Source of the DNA: Balanoglossus misakiensis
Lineage: Eukaryota; Animalia; Hemichordata
Length of the DNA: 64,000 bases
Reading direction: 5' to 3'
Assembly (NCBI GenBank): GCA_040954595.2
Contig: CM082580.2
Span: forward strand, 11,360,909-11,424,908
Positions 1 to 9,797 of the stretch are shown piece by piece. How positions within the stretch are numbered: the stretch's first letter is position 1; every line of letters starts with the position of its first letter. Under the pieces are notes generated by a model. The model made no database searches, was not told the origin of the DNA, and worked only from the letters and a program-made list of their open reading frames with translations. The position numbers and the translations under genes are program-made.

Positions 1-95
1 AATAGTGTGTGAATGACAGATTATCGACCTGTGTGCTACAAGAAATGATCCCCAGAGGGAACACTGATATGATGTGTGTGGTTTTGTGTTTCAAG

Positions 96-3000
96 GTACT
101 AAACTTGGCGAAAAGACAAGCGGAGGATTTACAGAAACAAGAAGAAGAGAAGAGCAGGCTGTTAATGGAACAGAAACGGGCAACGGAGGCGCTTATGGCA
201 AAGGTAGGAACTCTTGTCAAATCACGTCAAAATTCAGTACTTATCAGCTCTTACCAATGGACAATCTACCCTTGGCCAAACAAGAAAACATTCCTTCACT
301 TTTTAAGAATGTCAGATGCTAAAAAAATAGGGCACAACTCCTTGTGGATAGACTAATCATTCCTTTTGTTCTTATATGCACATACATACACTGACAAATT
401 TCTAAGCCAAGATAATTTCATCTTTCGTTATCCTTTTTTTACACCACCAGGAGAGGGAAGAGGCATTGAAAGAAAACAGAAGTGAAGAAGACCTGACAAG
501 GCTTAAAAAGCTAGAAAAACTGTTGAAGCAAGAAAATATAAAGTAGGTTTTTTAATGCTGCTAGTCGTCCATTTTGTTTGTATTGTTTATTTGACATCCA
601 GGACAATTACTTTGACAACTTCAATGGTGATAATATTAATGATTATGTTTCAAAAATTGGTAATTCAGAGCCTGTTTGATTTCAGATTGAAGAGAGAGCT
701 TGACAGAACAAATAAAATCTGGGAAAAGAAATTTGCAATACTACAACAGAGGTAGGTCACCATTACATGGGAATTGGGGTTCGAACACTTTCGAACTTTC
801 ATGTTAACCGAAGTCTAGTTTAAGAAATGTAACTTATGTTTCCTGTCGGCTGTCAATTGTATGGAATTGTACATCAACGCACAACTTTTATTTTATTCCT
901 ATACAGTCTGCACGCCATCAAGGATGAGAGTTATCTCAGACAAACCTTGCAGAAACAGGCAGCCACACTAGCACACGCCTCTGTCACATATGCTGTAAGT
1001 AGTATCCTGGTTTTCATGCGGAAGTTTAGATGTGTTTTGTTCCTGAAGTTTATAGAAGCAATCTTTCAAATGACTTCTTTGTGATCCCTACATAACAGGC
1101 TGACGCACCAGTGGGAATTATGCCAACAAACAGTCAAATTATGCCCTCGGCACCACCGGGAACTGGGCGCTCAGCGAGAAAAGGAACACAGCAGCCATTG
1201 GTAAGTGTGAAAGACCAGAATCTCGAATCCGAAAAATTAAATAAAAATATAAAAAACATCACAGTAGGTGAATTTCATGTGTTTTCTAACATTGTTGCTT
1301 TTTTTCCCCTCTTCATCGTCGAATGACAGCCTGCTATTGGTAAAGCACAGGAACGAGCGAGAGATATCTTGACAGCTTACACAGTAACACCGCCACCGGG
1401 AAGAGCCACCACTGTCTTCTCTATCGGAGGTGAGTCAATCAAGTCAACAGAGGAAGAAAAGGCAGGAATCCATAATGACACTTTTTTCATGCTTTCACAA
1501 TGCAGTAGAAACCAACAATTTAAAGATCATCTTTTTCTTCCAGAATCACAAATTGTTGATCCCAATGAAGAGATTGACATGGATGGCATTATTCCTTTGC
1601 CGTCACCACCTCCAAGGTAAACTAAATATCAGTAACTTATTTATATCTTCTATTTCCCTCTTTTGTTGGAAGAAACTGGTTGAAGTTACCGACTGTTAAA
1701 ATTATTTTTCACCCAAGAAAGCACACACCATGTATTCACGAAGTTTCTTATTACATTGCCATTAATTGAATGCATTCATTCCTTTTTTATTTAATCTCGT
1801 AGAGTGCCTAGTAGCACAGGGTAATTTTTGTTTCCTACATTTTAAGTTGCATTTTTGTTTGTTCTTTTCATGGTTTGATGCGACTATTTTTGCACTCTGT
1901 GAATTCCTGATTTATTATTGTGCTCATATTAACACATACTCTAATCCCCTAACTGCCCTGTGGACAAAGAACATATCTTTACTGAATGACAGGCTGCAAG
2001 TCATGTTAGATCCCACATTAGGCACTGCCTTTCACATTACACAATGGTCTTCCCTGATTGGCCGATCCTGATGAGCCAATCACTTTCATCTCTGGGTGGA
2101 AAGACATAATCCTGTTGTTTTCTGAGTGCAGTTATTATGGCACCAACAATACCTAACATTTTGTTAAAAGAAAATTGACACTTCTTGGGGTTTCTTTTTT
2201 TTTTCTGTCTGTCTCCTAGTCGGCTGCGCTTTGGTTGAGTGTGTGTGAGGTCATCACCAGTAGAGAGTGTGAGGCTGTCTGTGTGACAATCTGAGCTTTG
2301 TTCATTTAAAAAAAAAATTAATTTTTTATGCTTGCAATTTTTGTACTTGACGGAACAGAGCCAAGAACCATGTGAGGTAATTTGTTTTACGCAAGAAAAG
2401 TATCTTCTGAGTTACTGAGTCTTAATTAGAATATAAATCATATTTATAGTGGAATAATTATACACCAACTGCATGGCCTGTTTGAAGTTTTGACAGCTAT
2501 CAGGCCCTTTATGAACTCTTGTTGCTAATATGTGTTGATGTACAGGTACTTAATTTTAGGAATCAATAATAACGTTTGTATTTATACATAATACCTCAGT
2601 AAACAAGGTTATAATAGGTTTACATGTAATTCTGTGTATTGAAGTTATCTACTTTATGCCTTGGTTGTGGTAACTTTGAGTCTGCGCATTTTCAGTCTTC
2701 TAACTGAACCCTAAACCCATTTCAGTACCATACTTGAATAGAAGTGTCACAAGACAGAATCAAAACTTCCGGAAAAAGATCCTGAAACAAATGAAATAGT
2801 TACCCCAACTGAGGCACTGACTATTAATACTATTTTTCCAGGGGACAATATATTGCATGTGAAATCAATGTTACTTTTTATAAGTCGCTATTTAATATAT
2901 CTCCACCTAACATTTATTTGCATGCAAAATATTTTAACAGAGAAATCCTGGTCACACCAGTGTACTATTAGTGGTCAGCCTTGAGGATGCCACAAAATCG

Positions 3001-3179
3001 CCCTCTTGTGTTCACGTTTGGCCGTACACAAGACATATAAGTTATGCTATGTAATAACAGAAAGTAATTTTTTTCCCTCTTGGTCTCTCTCTCTGTCTCT
3101 CCTTCACAGGATTAGAGGAGACTTCATTGACGAACGGCCAACGTCCAGTGGTCGCGTGATTGTTCTTCCATCAGCTTGA
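96..3179 (+). CDS. C10orf67: 3' part of a multi-exon coiled-coil protein gene, C10orf67-like (5' exons lie outside the window)
   Basis: Eight exons with AG acceptors and GT donors (seven complete introns) join in frame: 96-203, 451-542, 686-751, 907-994, 1099-1200, 1330-1429, 1544-1616, 3110-3179 (TGA). Product: VLNLAKRQAEDLQKQEEEK...LKRELDRTNKIWEKKFAILQQSLHAIKDESYLRQTLQKQAATLAHASVTYA...IPLPSPPPRIRGDFIDERPTSSGRVIVLPSA*. The block KKFAILQQSLHAIKDESYLRQTL matches my recollection of the vertebrate C10orf67 C-terminal conserved region. The gene structure is high confidence; the name is moderate. Confidence 0.75.
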
Positions 3180-3905
3180 AATTATGAAAAACTGAGAATG
3201 TTTTTCGTGAAGAACTCTTGGATGCCAAATTTAGTGTCAAATTCAGCATCTGAAGATTTATATTTTATCTTGTATGAATGAATATATTACCTGTGTCATG
3301 GAATTTGTATATACTGTACAAATTAAAGTATTTCTTATTTTAAAATCTACTGGTCTGTCAAGCTCACTTCTATCATATAATTTTGTCATTGGACAGGCAA
3401 AGTATTATGTATTGAATGAATACACAAGCTGTTTAAAAATTGATCATTCTAATGTTGGAGTGTCAACGCCACCATCCAGACTTCCGGATCGAACGTTGGG
3501 GGCGCTGAGTTTCACCATCCTCAGCGCAGCGTGGCTATTGGTCGTCAGAAGTGCGAAAAAGCGAAAGAAGAACGGTTATTCTGTAATGGTCGTCGTGTAT
3601 TTTTGTATATTCTTGATGAGAAGTTGTACAGACAGGAAGGACGACCACGCACAGACTCCCAGGCGGACAACACACAAACATTACGCAAGTGACTGTAGGC
3701 CTGTCACACCTTAGACAGTGTCTATGGTCTACTGTCTATGGTCACACGTACGACGACTAGCAATAAAACCATACGAGTTCAGCATGATGAACATTTTAAT
3801 TCTTACGATTGAAAAATATAATTTATCAAAAAAATAAATAATATATAAGCTCAAAAGGTTAACACTGCGGATTGTTCATTTTAAATTTAAGAGGGCGTGT
3901 TCAGA

Positions 3906-4775
3906 TCAGGACCAGTTCTGTGGTTGGAGAGACCATGGATGTTGCAGAGGTTGGTGTGACAGGTACTGCTGGGCGTCGGGAAAGTCGGCTTGTAGGTCGC
4001 CGCATCCGTAGCTGGGTTGAAACCGTGACGGCCGGGCATGATGATAGATCTGGTCGGAACAATCTTGAGTCTGCATCGAAGGGTGCGGCTCGGTTGACGA
4101 GATGCGTGGTCGTTTCACTGAAGATGACGGCTTGGAGACTGGAGTGCACGTGGTCGGCTGCTGGTGTTGGGGACGAGACATCGCGCTGCACTTTTCTTCA
4201 AGATGCTTCGCGTACTTTAGTTGCAGACGACGATCGCACTCGACTGAACCGCTTTCGAGAACGCTGGTGAGGTATCCGACGTATTCAATGGCTGCCTCCA
4301 GCGTCTGCATTCTAGTGAGTCTCTTGCGAGGGAGTGTGCATGTTTCGGGTAAAGTGTCTCTGAGAGCCTCGAAACCTTTGCTAATTTTGCGACAGCGATC
4401 GCGTTCCTTGCTAGCGGCCAATTTTCTGCCGATGGGTGTATCGCGAGATCGACGGGTCTTCTTCCTTTCTACACCGGCACATGCACGCGACTCGATAACC
4501 TCTTCTTCGCCAGACTGCCGGTGTGATGAGACTCTATCGTCATCGATCACCAGCAGTCCGTAACCAGTGTCGCACAGGTTCAGATCTTCAGTTTCGTTGC
4601 CAAGGAGGGGTTGGTCGTGGTTGCCCCAAGCGACTACCGACTTCTCAGGGGACTTGACATGTTTCGCCAGTGACAAGTCAAGAGGTGGACTATGCGTTTC
4701 AGGGTACATGGATTCGTCGGCACCAGAACCCCGGCTGCCGTCGTACGGGCTACACTCTGGAACTCGTCGGGCCAT
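3906..4775 (-). CDS. Mesp: Mesp/mesogenin-like bHLH transcription factor, copy A (divergent), intronless, 289 aa
   Basis: ATG at 4775 (the ORF track starts at an upstream GTG). bHLH: RKLAASKERDRCRKISKGFEALRDTLPETCTLPRKRLTRMQTLEAAIEYVGYLTSVLE. Clear paralogue of 6251-6973 (shared VPEC, GNHD.PLL.NE, CDRRL..KYAKHLEE.C). TATAAA lies about 100 bp upstream. Confidence 0.7.
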   Translation of the reverse strand: MARRVPECSPYDGSRGSGADESMYPETHSPPLDLSLAKHVKSPEKSVVAWGNHDQPLLGNETEDLNLCDTGYGLLVIDDDRVSSHRQSGEEEVIESRACAGVERKKTRRSRDTPIGRKLAASKERDRCRKISKGFEALRDTLPETCTLPRKRLTRMQTLEAAIEYVGYLTSVLESGSVECDRRLQLKYAKHLEEKCSAMSRPQHQQPTTCTPVSKPSSSVKRPRISSTEPHPSMQTQDCSDQIYHHARPSRFQPSYGCGDLQADFPDAQQYLSHQPLQHPWSLQPQNWS

Positions 4776-4871
4776 TCTGAAATTCACTTCAAGTAGATAA
4801 CGCACGTTCGGAGAGAGATGTTCTCGGGATGAGATGTGGTATTACACTGATCAGATGTGGGGTACACGCGC

Positions 4872-4947
4872 TTTATAAGTGCTACCACAGTGGCGCACAG
4901 CCTTTTGTCGGTGGTGTAATCAAAGAAACCGAAAAGACTGATCAAAG
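4872..4947 (-). promoter_or_regulatory. Promoter of Mesp-like copy A: TATA box, conserved 29-bp element, two TCF/LEF-type sites
   Basis: TATAAA on - at 4872-4877. AGCCTTTTGTCGGTGGTGTAATCAAAGAA at 4899-4927 is identical to 7081-7109. A second ATCAAAG lies at 4941-4947. Confidence 0.65.
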
Positions 4948-5075
4948 GTAGTGAATCCGACAACGACCGACAATGCAACGATTAACATCATATGCATAAT
5001 TAATGACAGACAATTTTTGATCACCTAACTAAGAACTAACTGCTCCTCCACACCAAGTTTCCAACTTCATTAAAA

Positions 5076-5261
5076 CTACGATAAAGTTATGGCCTCAAAT
5101 GTGTGAGGAATCTCTCAAACCATTTTTGTCAACATACAGTATTCTGAACGTCTTAAAATGACGATCATCTACGATAAAGTTATGGCCTCAAATGTGTGAG
5201 GAATCTCTCAAACCATTTTTGTCAACATACAGTATTCTGAACGTCTTAAAATGACGATCAT
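5076..5261. repeat. Perfect 93-bp direct tandem duplication
   Basis: CTACGATAAAGTTATGGCC...AAAATGACGATCAT occurs at 5076-5168 and again at 5169-5261. Confidence 0.95.
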
Positions 5262-6250
5262 CGTCTTTTATAAAATACTTGCTAGTTTTCTTTCCGGTTT
5301 CGTCAGTTCAAGATGTCGGAACTAGCTCACAACGTTTTCAACACAAACCGAAAATTGAGAGCTGAACATTTATTGTTGAGTAGATGCGCTGAGCAAAGCA
5401 CCAGAAAATTACATCAGAATTGACAGCATAGCACCGTAACATTACCTGCATAAGTTATGAGATGTTTTAACAGTGAATCTGTCTATTGTCACAAGCGCAA
5501 AAGACACCGCTAAAGTCATTCGGTATGTTCGGGCGGTTTTGATTATTGAAATATGTGTGAACGCCTCCATTGCGTGAATTCTACTTCGAAAGCTGTGGAG
5601 GACCCGTCTATTGTCATCACAGCGGTTCCGAACGTTCTTTCGGCAAACACATTTGGAATACGGCCGATCATTCTTGTGTTCAGTGACAAGCATCACATAC
5701 AAGGTGTTCGTGTCTGTGCTAATTGTTTCCCGCCCGCCATGTGAACAAGATTTATTGTTGTAGTATTAGTTCGCGATGTCAGCAATACTGTGAGTTTGTA
5801 TGAAAATCATTACCATTTATGTGGCTCTATTCTAGTACCGGTGAATCCAAATGTACTGTTTGATGATATATCTAGGGTTTCGGCGGGTAGACGAGTGCCA
5901 ACTCTAAGACAACTAAAATACATAATTGTTTGTGACAAAATGCGAATAAATATGATGACAAGTTGCATCTTTAGTAAACAACAAACGCCATATGTAGATT
6001 TATTCAACACACACCAACTTCCAAAAACAATAATATACGGTTCATTTAAAGTAAATCTGCCTCTACATATACTATTTCCTATCAAATAACTGGGCAATTA
6101 AAAGCGGAATAGCTCCGATAGCTACTAAATACCATAATAAACTATGTCAAAAATATAAACATGGTGGACAAATAAAGAAACAATTAAAACCCAACAACTG
6201 AGCAAGGTGGTTGAACTGGCTGAGTTTGATGACACACCTGCTGGTCCCAA

Positions 6251-6973
6251 TTATACGGATTCTGAATCGGTTGGTACGGCTCGGTTGACGAGATGCGCGG
6301 TCGGGTCGCTGTGCGTCTCTCGGGCGTCGTTGGACGAGTTACAGGTGGTCGGTTGCTGAGTCTTGGGGCGAGACGTCATCACACCGCACTGCTCTTCAAG
6401 GTGCTTGGCGTACTTTCGATGCAGGCGACGATCGCAGTGGACTGTCCCAGTTTCGAGAACGCTGGAGAGATAGCCGATGTACTCGATGGCTGCTCTGAGT
6501 GTCTGTATCTTGGAGAGTCTCTTACTGGTGTTTGAACACGCCGCCGGCAAAGTGTCTCTGAGAGCGCCGAGGCCGTTGATGAGCCTGTCCATGCGACTTT
6601 TCTCTCTCCTATTGGCTGCTTTTCGCTTTACAGGATCCACAGGTGGGCTCCGCGTGGTCTGTCCACGGAGTTGTTCGCTCGGAAAGTTGACGTCACTGGA
6701 ATGGGCAACACCACCTTCATCGTTCGGGAACTGTCCGCAGCAGCTGGCGTAACGGTTCAGATCCAGACTCGCTTCTTCGAGCTCGTTGCTTAGGAGGGGT
6801 TCGTCGTGGTTGCCGTCATCCACTACCGACTTTACCTCGTATCTTGCGGTTGGCAAGTAAAGAGGCGAACTGCATGGCTCAGGATACAAGGTTTCATCGA
6901 CACAAGGAAATTTACCCCTGCTCCCGTCGAAGAAGTAATTGCTGAGGTCGCATTCGGGAACTTGCCGGTCCAT
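6251..6973 (-). CDS. Mesp: Mesp/mesogenin-like bHLH transcription factor, copy B, intronless, 240 aa as read (C-terminal frameshift relative to copy A)
   Basis: ATG at 6973. bHLH RKAANRREKSRMDRLINGLGALRDTLPAACSNTSKRLSKIQTLRAAIEYIGYLSSVLE fits the Mesp pattern REK.RM..L...L..LR..LP-(9-aa loop)-L.KI.TLR.AI.YIG.LS.VL (human MESP1 as recalled: [51 protein letters not shown]). Confidence 0.78.
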   Translation of the reverse strand: MDRQVPECDLSNYFFDGSRGKFPCVDETLYPEPCSSPLYLPTARYEVKSVVDDGNHDEPLLSNELEEASLDLNRYASCCGQFPNDEGGVAHSSDVNFPSEQLRGQTTRSPPVDPVKRKAANRREKSRMDRLINGLGALRDTLPAACSNTSKRLSKIQTLRAAIEYIGYLSSVLETGTVHCDRRLHRKYAKHLEEQCGVMTSRPKTQQPTTCNSSNDARETHSDPTAHLVNRAVPTDSESV

Positions 6974-7054
6974 CTTGAAATTCAGTAGTTCAAGCAGGAA
7001 ATGCCCCGATTTGCGGCACTGCACTTGTGTGTATACGAAGGTACTTCGCGCACG

Positions 7055-7109
7055 TTATAAATGCCATCACAGCGGTGTGTAGCCTTTTGTCGGTGGTGTA
7101 ATCAAAGAA
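7055..7109 (-). promoter_or_regulatory. Promoter of Mesp-like copy B: TATA-like box and 29-bp conserved element
   Basis: TTTATAA on - near 7055-7061. The 29-bp element at 7081-7109 is identical to 4899-4927 and sits at a similar distance from the TATA. Confidence 0.65.
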
Positions 7110-7728
7110 CGTTGAACAAATAAACTCGGAGAAGATTATCCGACAGCTAATCAGTGCACTGGTTTTCAAAACATTTGCATAACTAACAAGGGAACGGTAT
7201 TTCACTTACCTTGAATTTGATGTCCGTCATTTTGACGACTTGCTGGACCATTCCTAGCCATGACCAGAGCGAGTTGTTTGTGGTCTGTGTTTCAGCGAGC
7301 CAGTTGCAAACACAGGCGCCCATGAAGTAAGCGCCTTGTAGTAAAGTTCTTTCTCCTTGCAGTACATGTATGTTCTTTACTACACGACTTCACCGGCGCC
7401 ACTGGTTGTAAATAGCACGTGCGTTTGGTTTGGATGAAAATCGTGGACGCATTGGATGACCATTGGTTTGTCTTATCCCACGTGACACTGCACAACACCT
7501 GTTTATGACATCATCAGAAGAGCCGCCTGTCTTGTAAAGAAGGACCCGGCAAGACAGAAGTTCTTATGACTTTACAGTTAATGTTTACCAACGGATAGCG
7601 GCAATTTTGCTGTTCCGCAACCAGTTATTTATTGGCACCTAAATCAAGTTAATCAAGGGATTGAGCCAATCAACATTCACTTTTAACGCACAGTTTACAA
7701 CATATAACATTTAGGCCAGCATATGATT

Positions 7729-7770
7729 CAACAACAACAACAACAACAACAACAACAAGCACAACAACAA
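7729..7770. repeat. (CAA)n microsatellite
   Basis: Run of CAA triplets with one interruption. Confidence 0.9.
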
Positions 7771-8936
7771 AATAACACTTTTCCTTATTTTTCTGGCATC
7801 AATGCCAACCGTTTCCTCGGGGACCCGAGCATGAAGAAGTTATATTTCCACCCATGGTTTCTTTGGATTTATTTTTACACAGGAGATGATGCCGGACCAA
7901 GGCTTTCATCCTTCCTGTTTTTCTGAAAATTTGCGCGATATGAAAGTGGAGGGAAACCATGAAAAAAAGCGAAGCAGATTATATTGTCAGCAATGTTTAT
8001 GGTAATTACAAGACACAAATTTCGCAGCACCGATACATTGCAAACTGCCCATTGGTGATCACTAGTGCTCTCCCCGTTGTCATGGCGTTTGCCAAGCACC
8101 AACTAAAATGGAAAGCCAAACTACTGAAAGTGAAACCCGACTATTTACACCACAGTCAGAGGTTGTTACTATTTTTTATCAATTTTCAGTGATATATTTA
8201 AACTATCATTGACAGCGAAACCTGTCGCTGGCGAAAACATCGAGAACTGTCCGAGATCTCACGCAAGAAGACCCTTTGTGAAAACATGTACATGTACATG
8301 TATATCCGTGAAGGTCGCGTTGCCAGGAAACGATAACATTTGGATTCGTCGCCACCTAAATGGAATTATATATATACCGCATATAGGGGTCACTCTTAAG
8401 TGTCATGTGCCTGCATAATATAGCTAACCTGTATTTTGCACCCTAAAGGGTGGATTGGGGCGTTGCTATACGATGCAAAATCAAATTCGTGAAGTCGCCG
8501 CTCTTCCCATTGACCAGCTCTTCCCAGGAAGAATTACCAATTTTCTCATTTTGGGGAACATAATAACCATTTTTCATCCTTGTTAAATTACGCTGTCGAA
8601 GAAACGGCGATTTACGATAGTGAAAGTGTGCCGTCATTTTTTAGGTCTCGACTAAAAACACAGTGCGGAAGCAACAGCATGTTTAATTAGTCGTGCCCTT
8701 ACCTGAAAACGGATACTATGGTGAAAACAAAATGGCAACCTCTCATTAATCTGACAAGTGACAGGTCTTAAGCCTTCGGAAATGTCACAGGTAATTAGTG
8801 GACAGGTAACATTTCACACTCAGAAAATCCTTTAACCTATGTCTTGAAGCAGAAAAAATGTCACGATCACATTTCGTCCGCACTTAGCTTTCAAGAATAA
8901 AATACTGTAAACCCCTTTTTAAACAGAAACGGAGAG

Positions 8937-8937
<1 letters not shown>

Positions 8938-8980
<43 letters not shown>
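8938..8980. repeat. (CAT)n microsatellite
   Basis: About 14 CAT units. Confidence 0.95.
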
Positions 8981-9797
8981 TAAATAAGCACGGTCACTCC
9001 ACATGCACAGTGATCGTGAAATAAGCAGCTAATGCGTCATGCCTAATGCGTGATATCAAGTAATCCCCTCTTAAGTATTTATCGACAACACCGCATCTTG
9101 TCGTCACTGTCCTTTTACGTCAAGACTGCTTCTTCTGAGAAAACTAGACGTAGGGCAGGGAAAGAGGCAGAACGCAGACGTTATTCGCAGCGATAATAAT
9201 AGACTTGGGAATTGGGCTTGACACCTTGACGTTATTACTCCTTTTACGCTAACAAACTCGCGTAGGTAGGGGTCGGCCTTGAGTAATCAAGCAGGGGTGG
9301 TGACCTTTAGTATGCAAATTAGTTCAATCCCAGTGATATTATTGAATGTTGACGAGATACCCCCCTCCCCTTTGAGAGACATATGCCAACAACCTAGAAA
9401 TCGCGTCAAGCTATTGATGTCAACCGAAGACACCGTTTGCGTGAACGGTCAAAAAACTCGTCTCTGCGCCTATGAAACCGCACATATTTGCATAATATGC
9501 TAAATTCAGGAAGCCATCAAAAGGAGAAATATTGCGCAGTGTATGTGTACATCTGGTGAGCAGAACGACGAGTTTCTCTGCTTTCTGTGCTGCGAACAAC
9601 TTCTGCTGCTTTTACACGCGGTGTTCGGTTGTGGGCGATTTCCAGCGCAGCGACATATTAATTTTGCCGCCGCGTTTTTTCAGTTGTGCATAGTCTACAG
9701 CACAGCCACGAATTGTGTTAGTCACCTCGAGAAAGGAAATAAGTGATAGCTGGACGCGAGAGAAGATCTCACTGCTTGACCGCCCTCCTGAGTTTAC

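Noticed and set aside
3901-4191. Alternative-frame ORF overlapping Mesp-like A, and antisense ORFs over all bHLH genes
   Set aside because: Shadow frames of GC-rich coding sequence; this one is informative only for the frameshift comparison.
7723-7926. Poly-Gln ORF
   Set aside because: (CAA)n repeat in AT-rich non-coding DNA, with no other coding signal.
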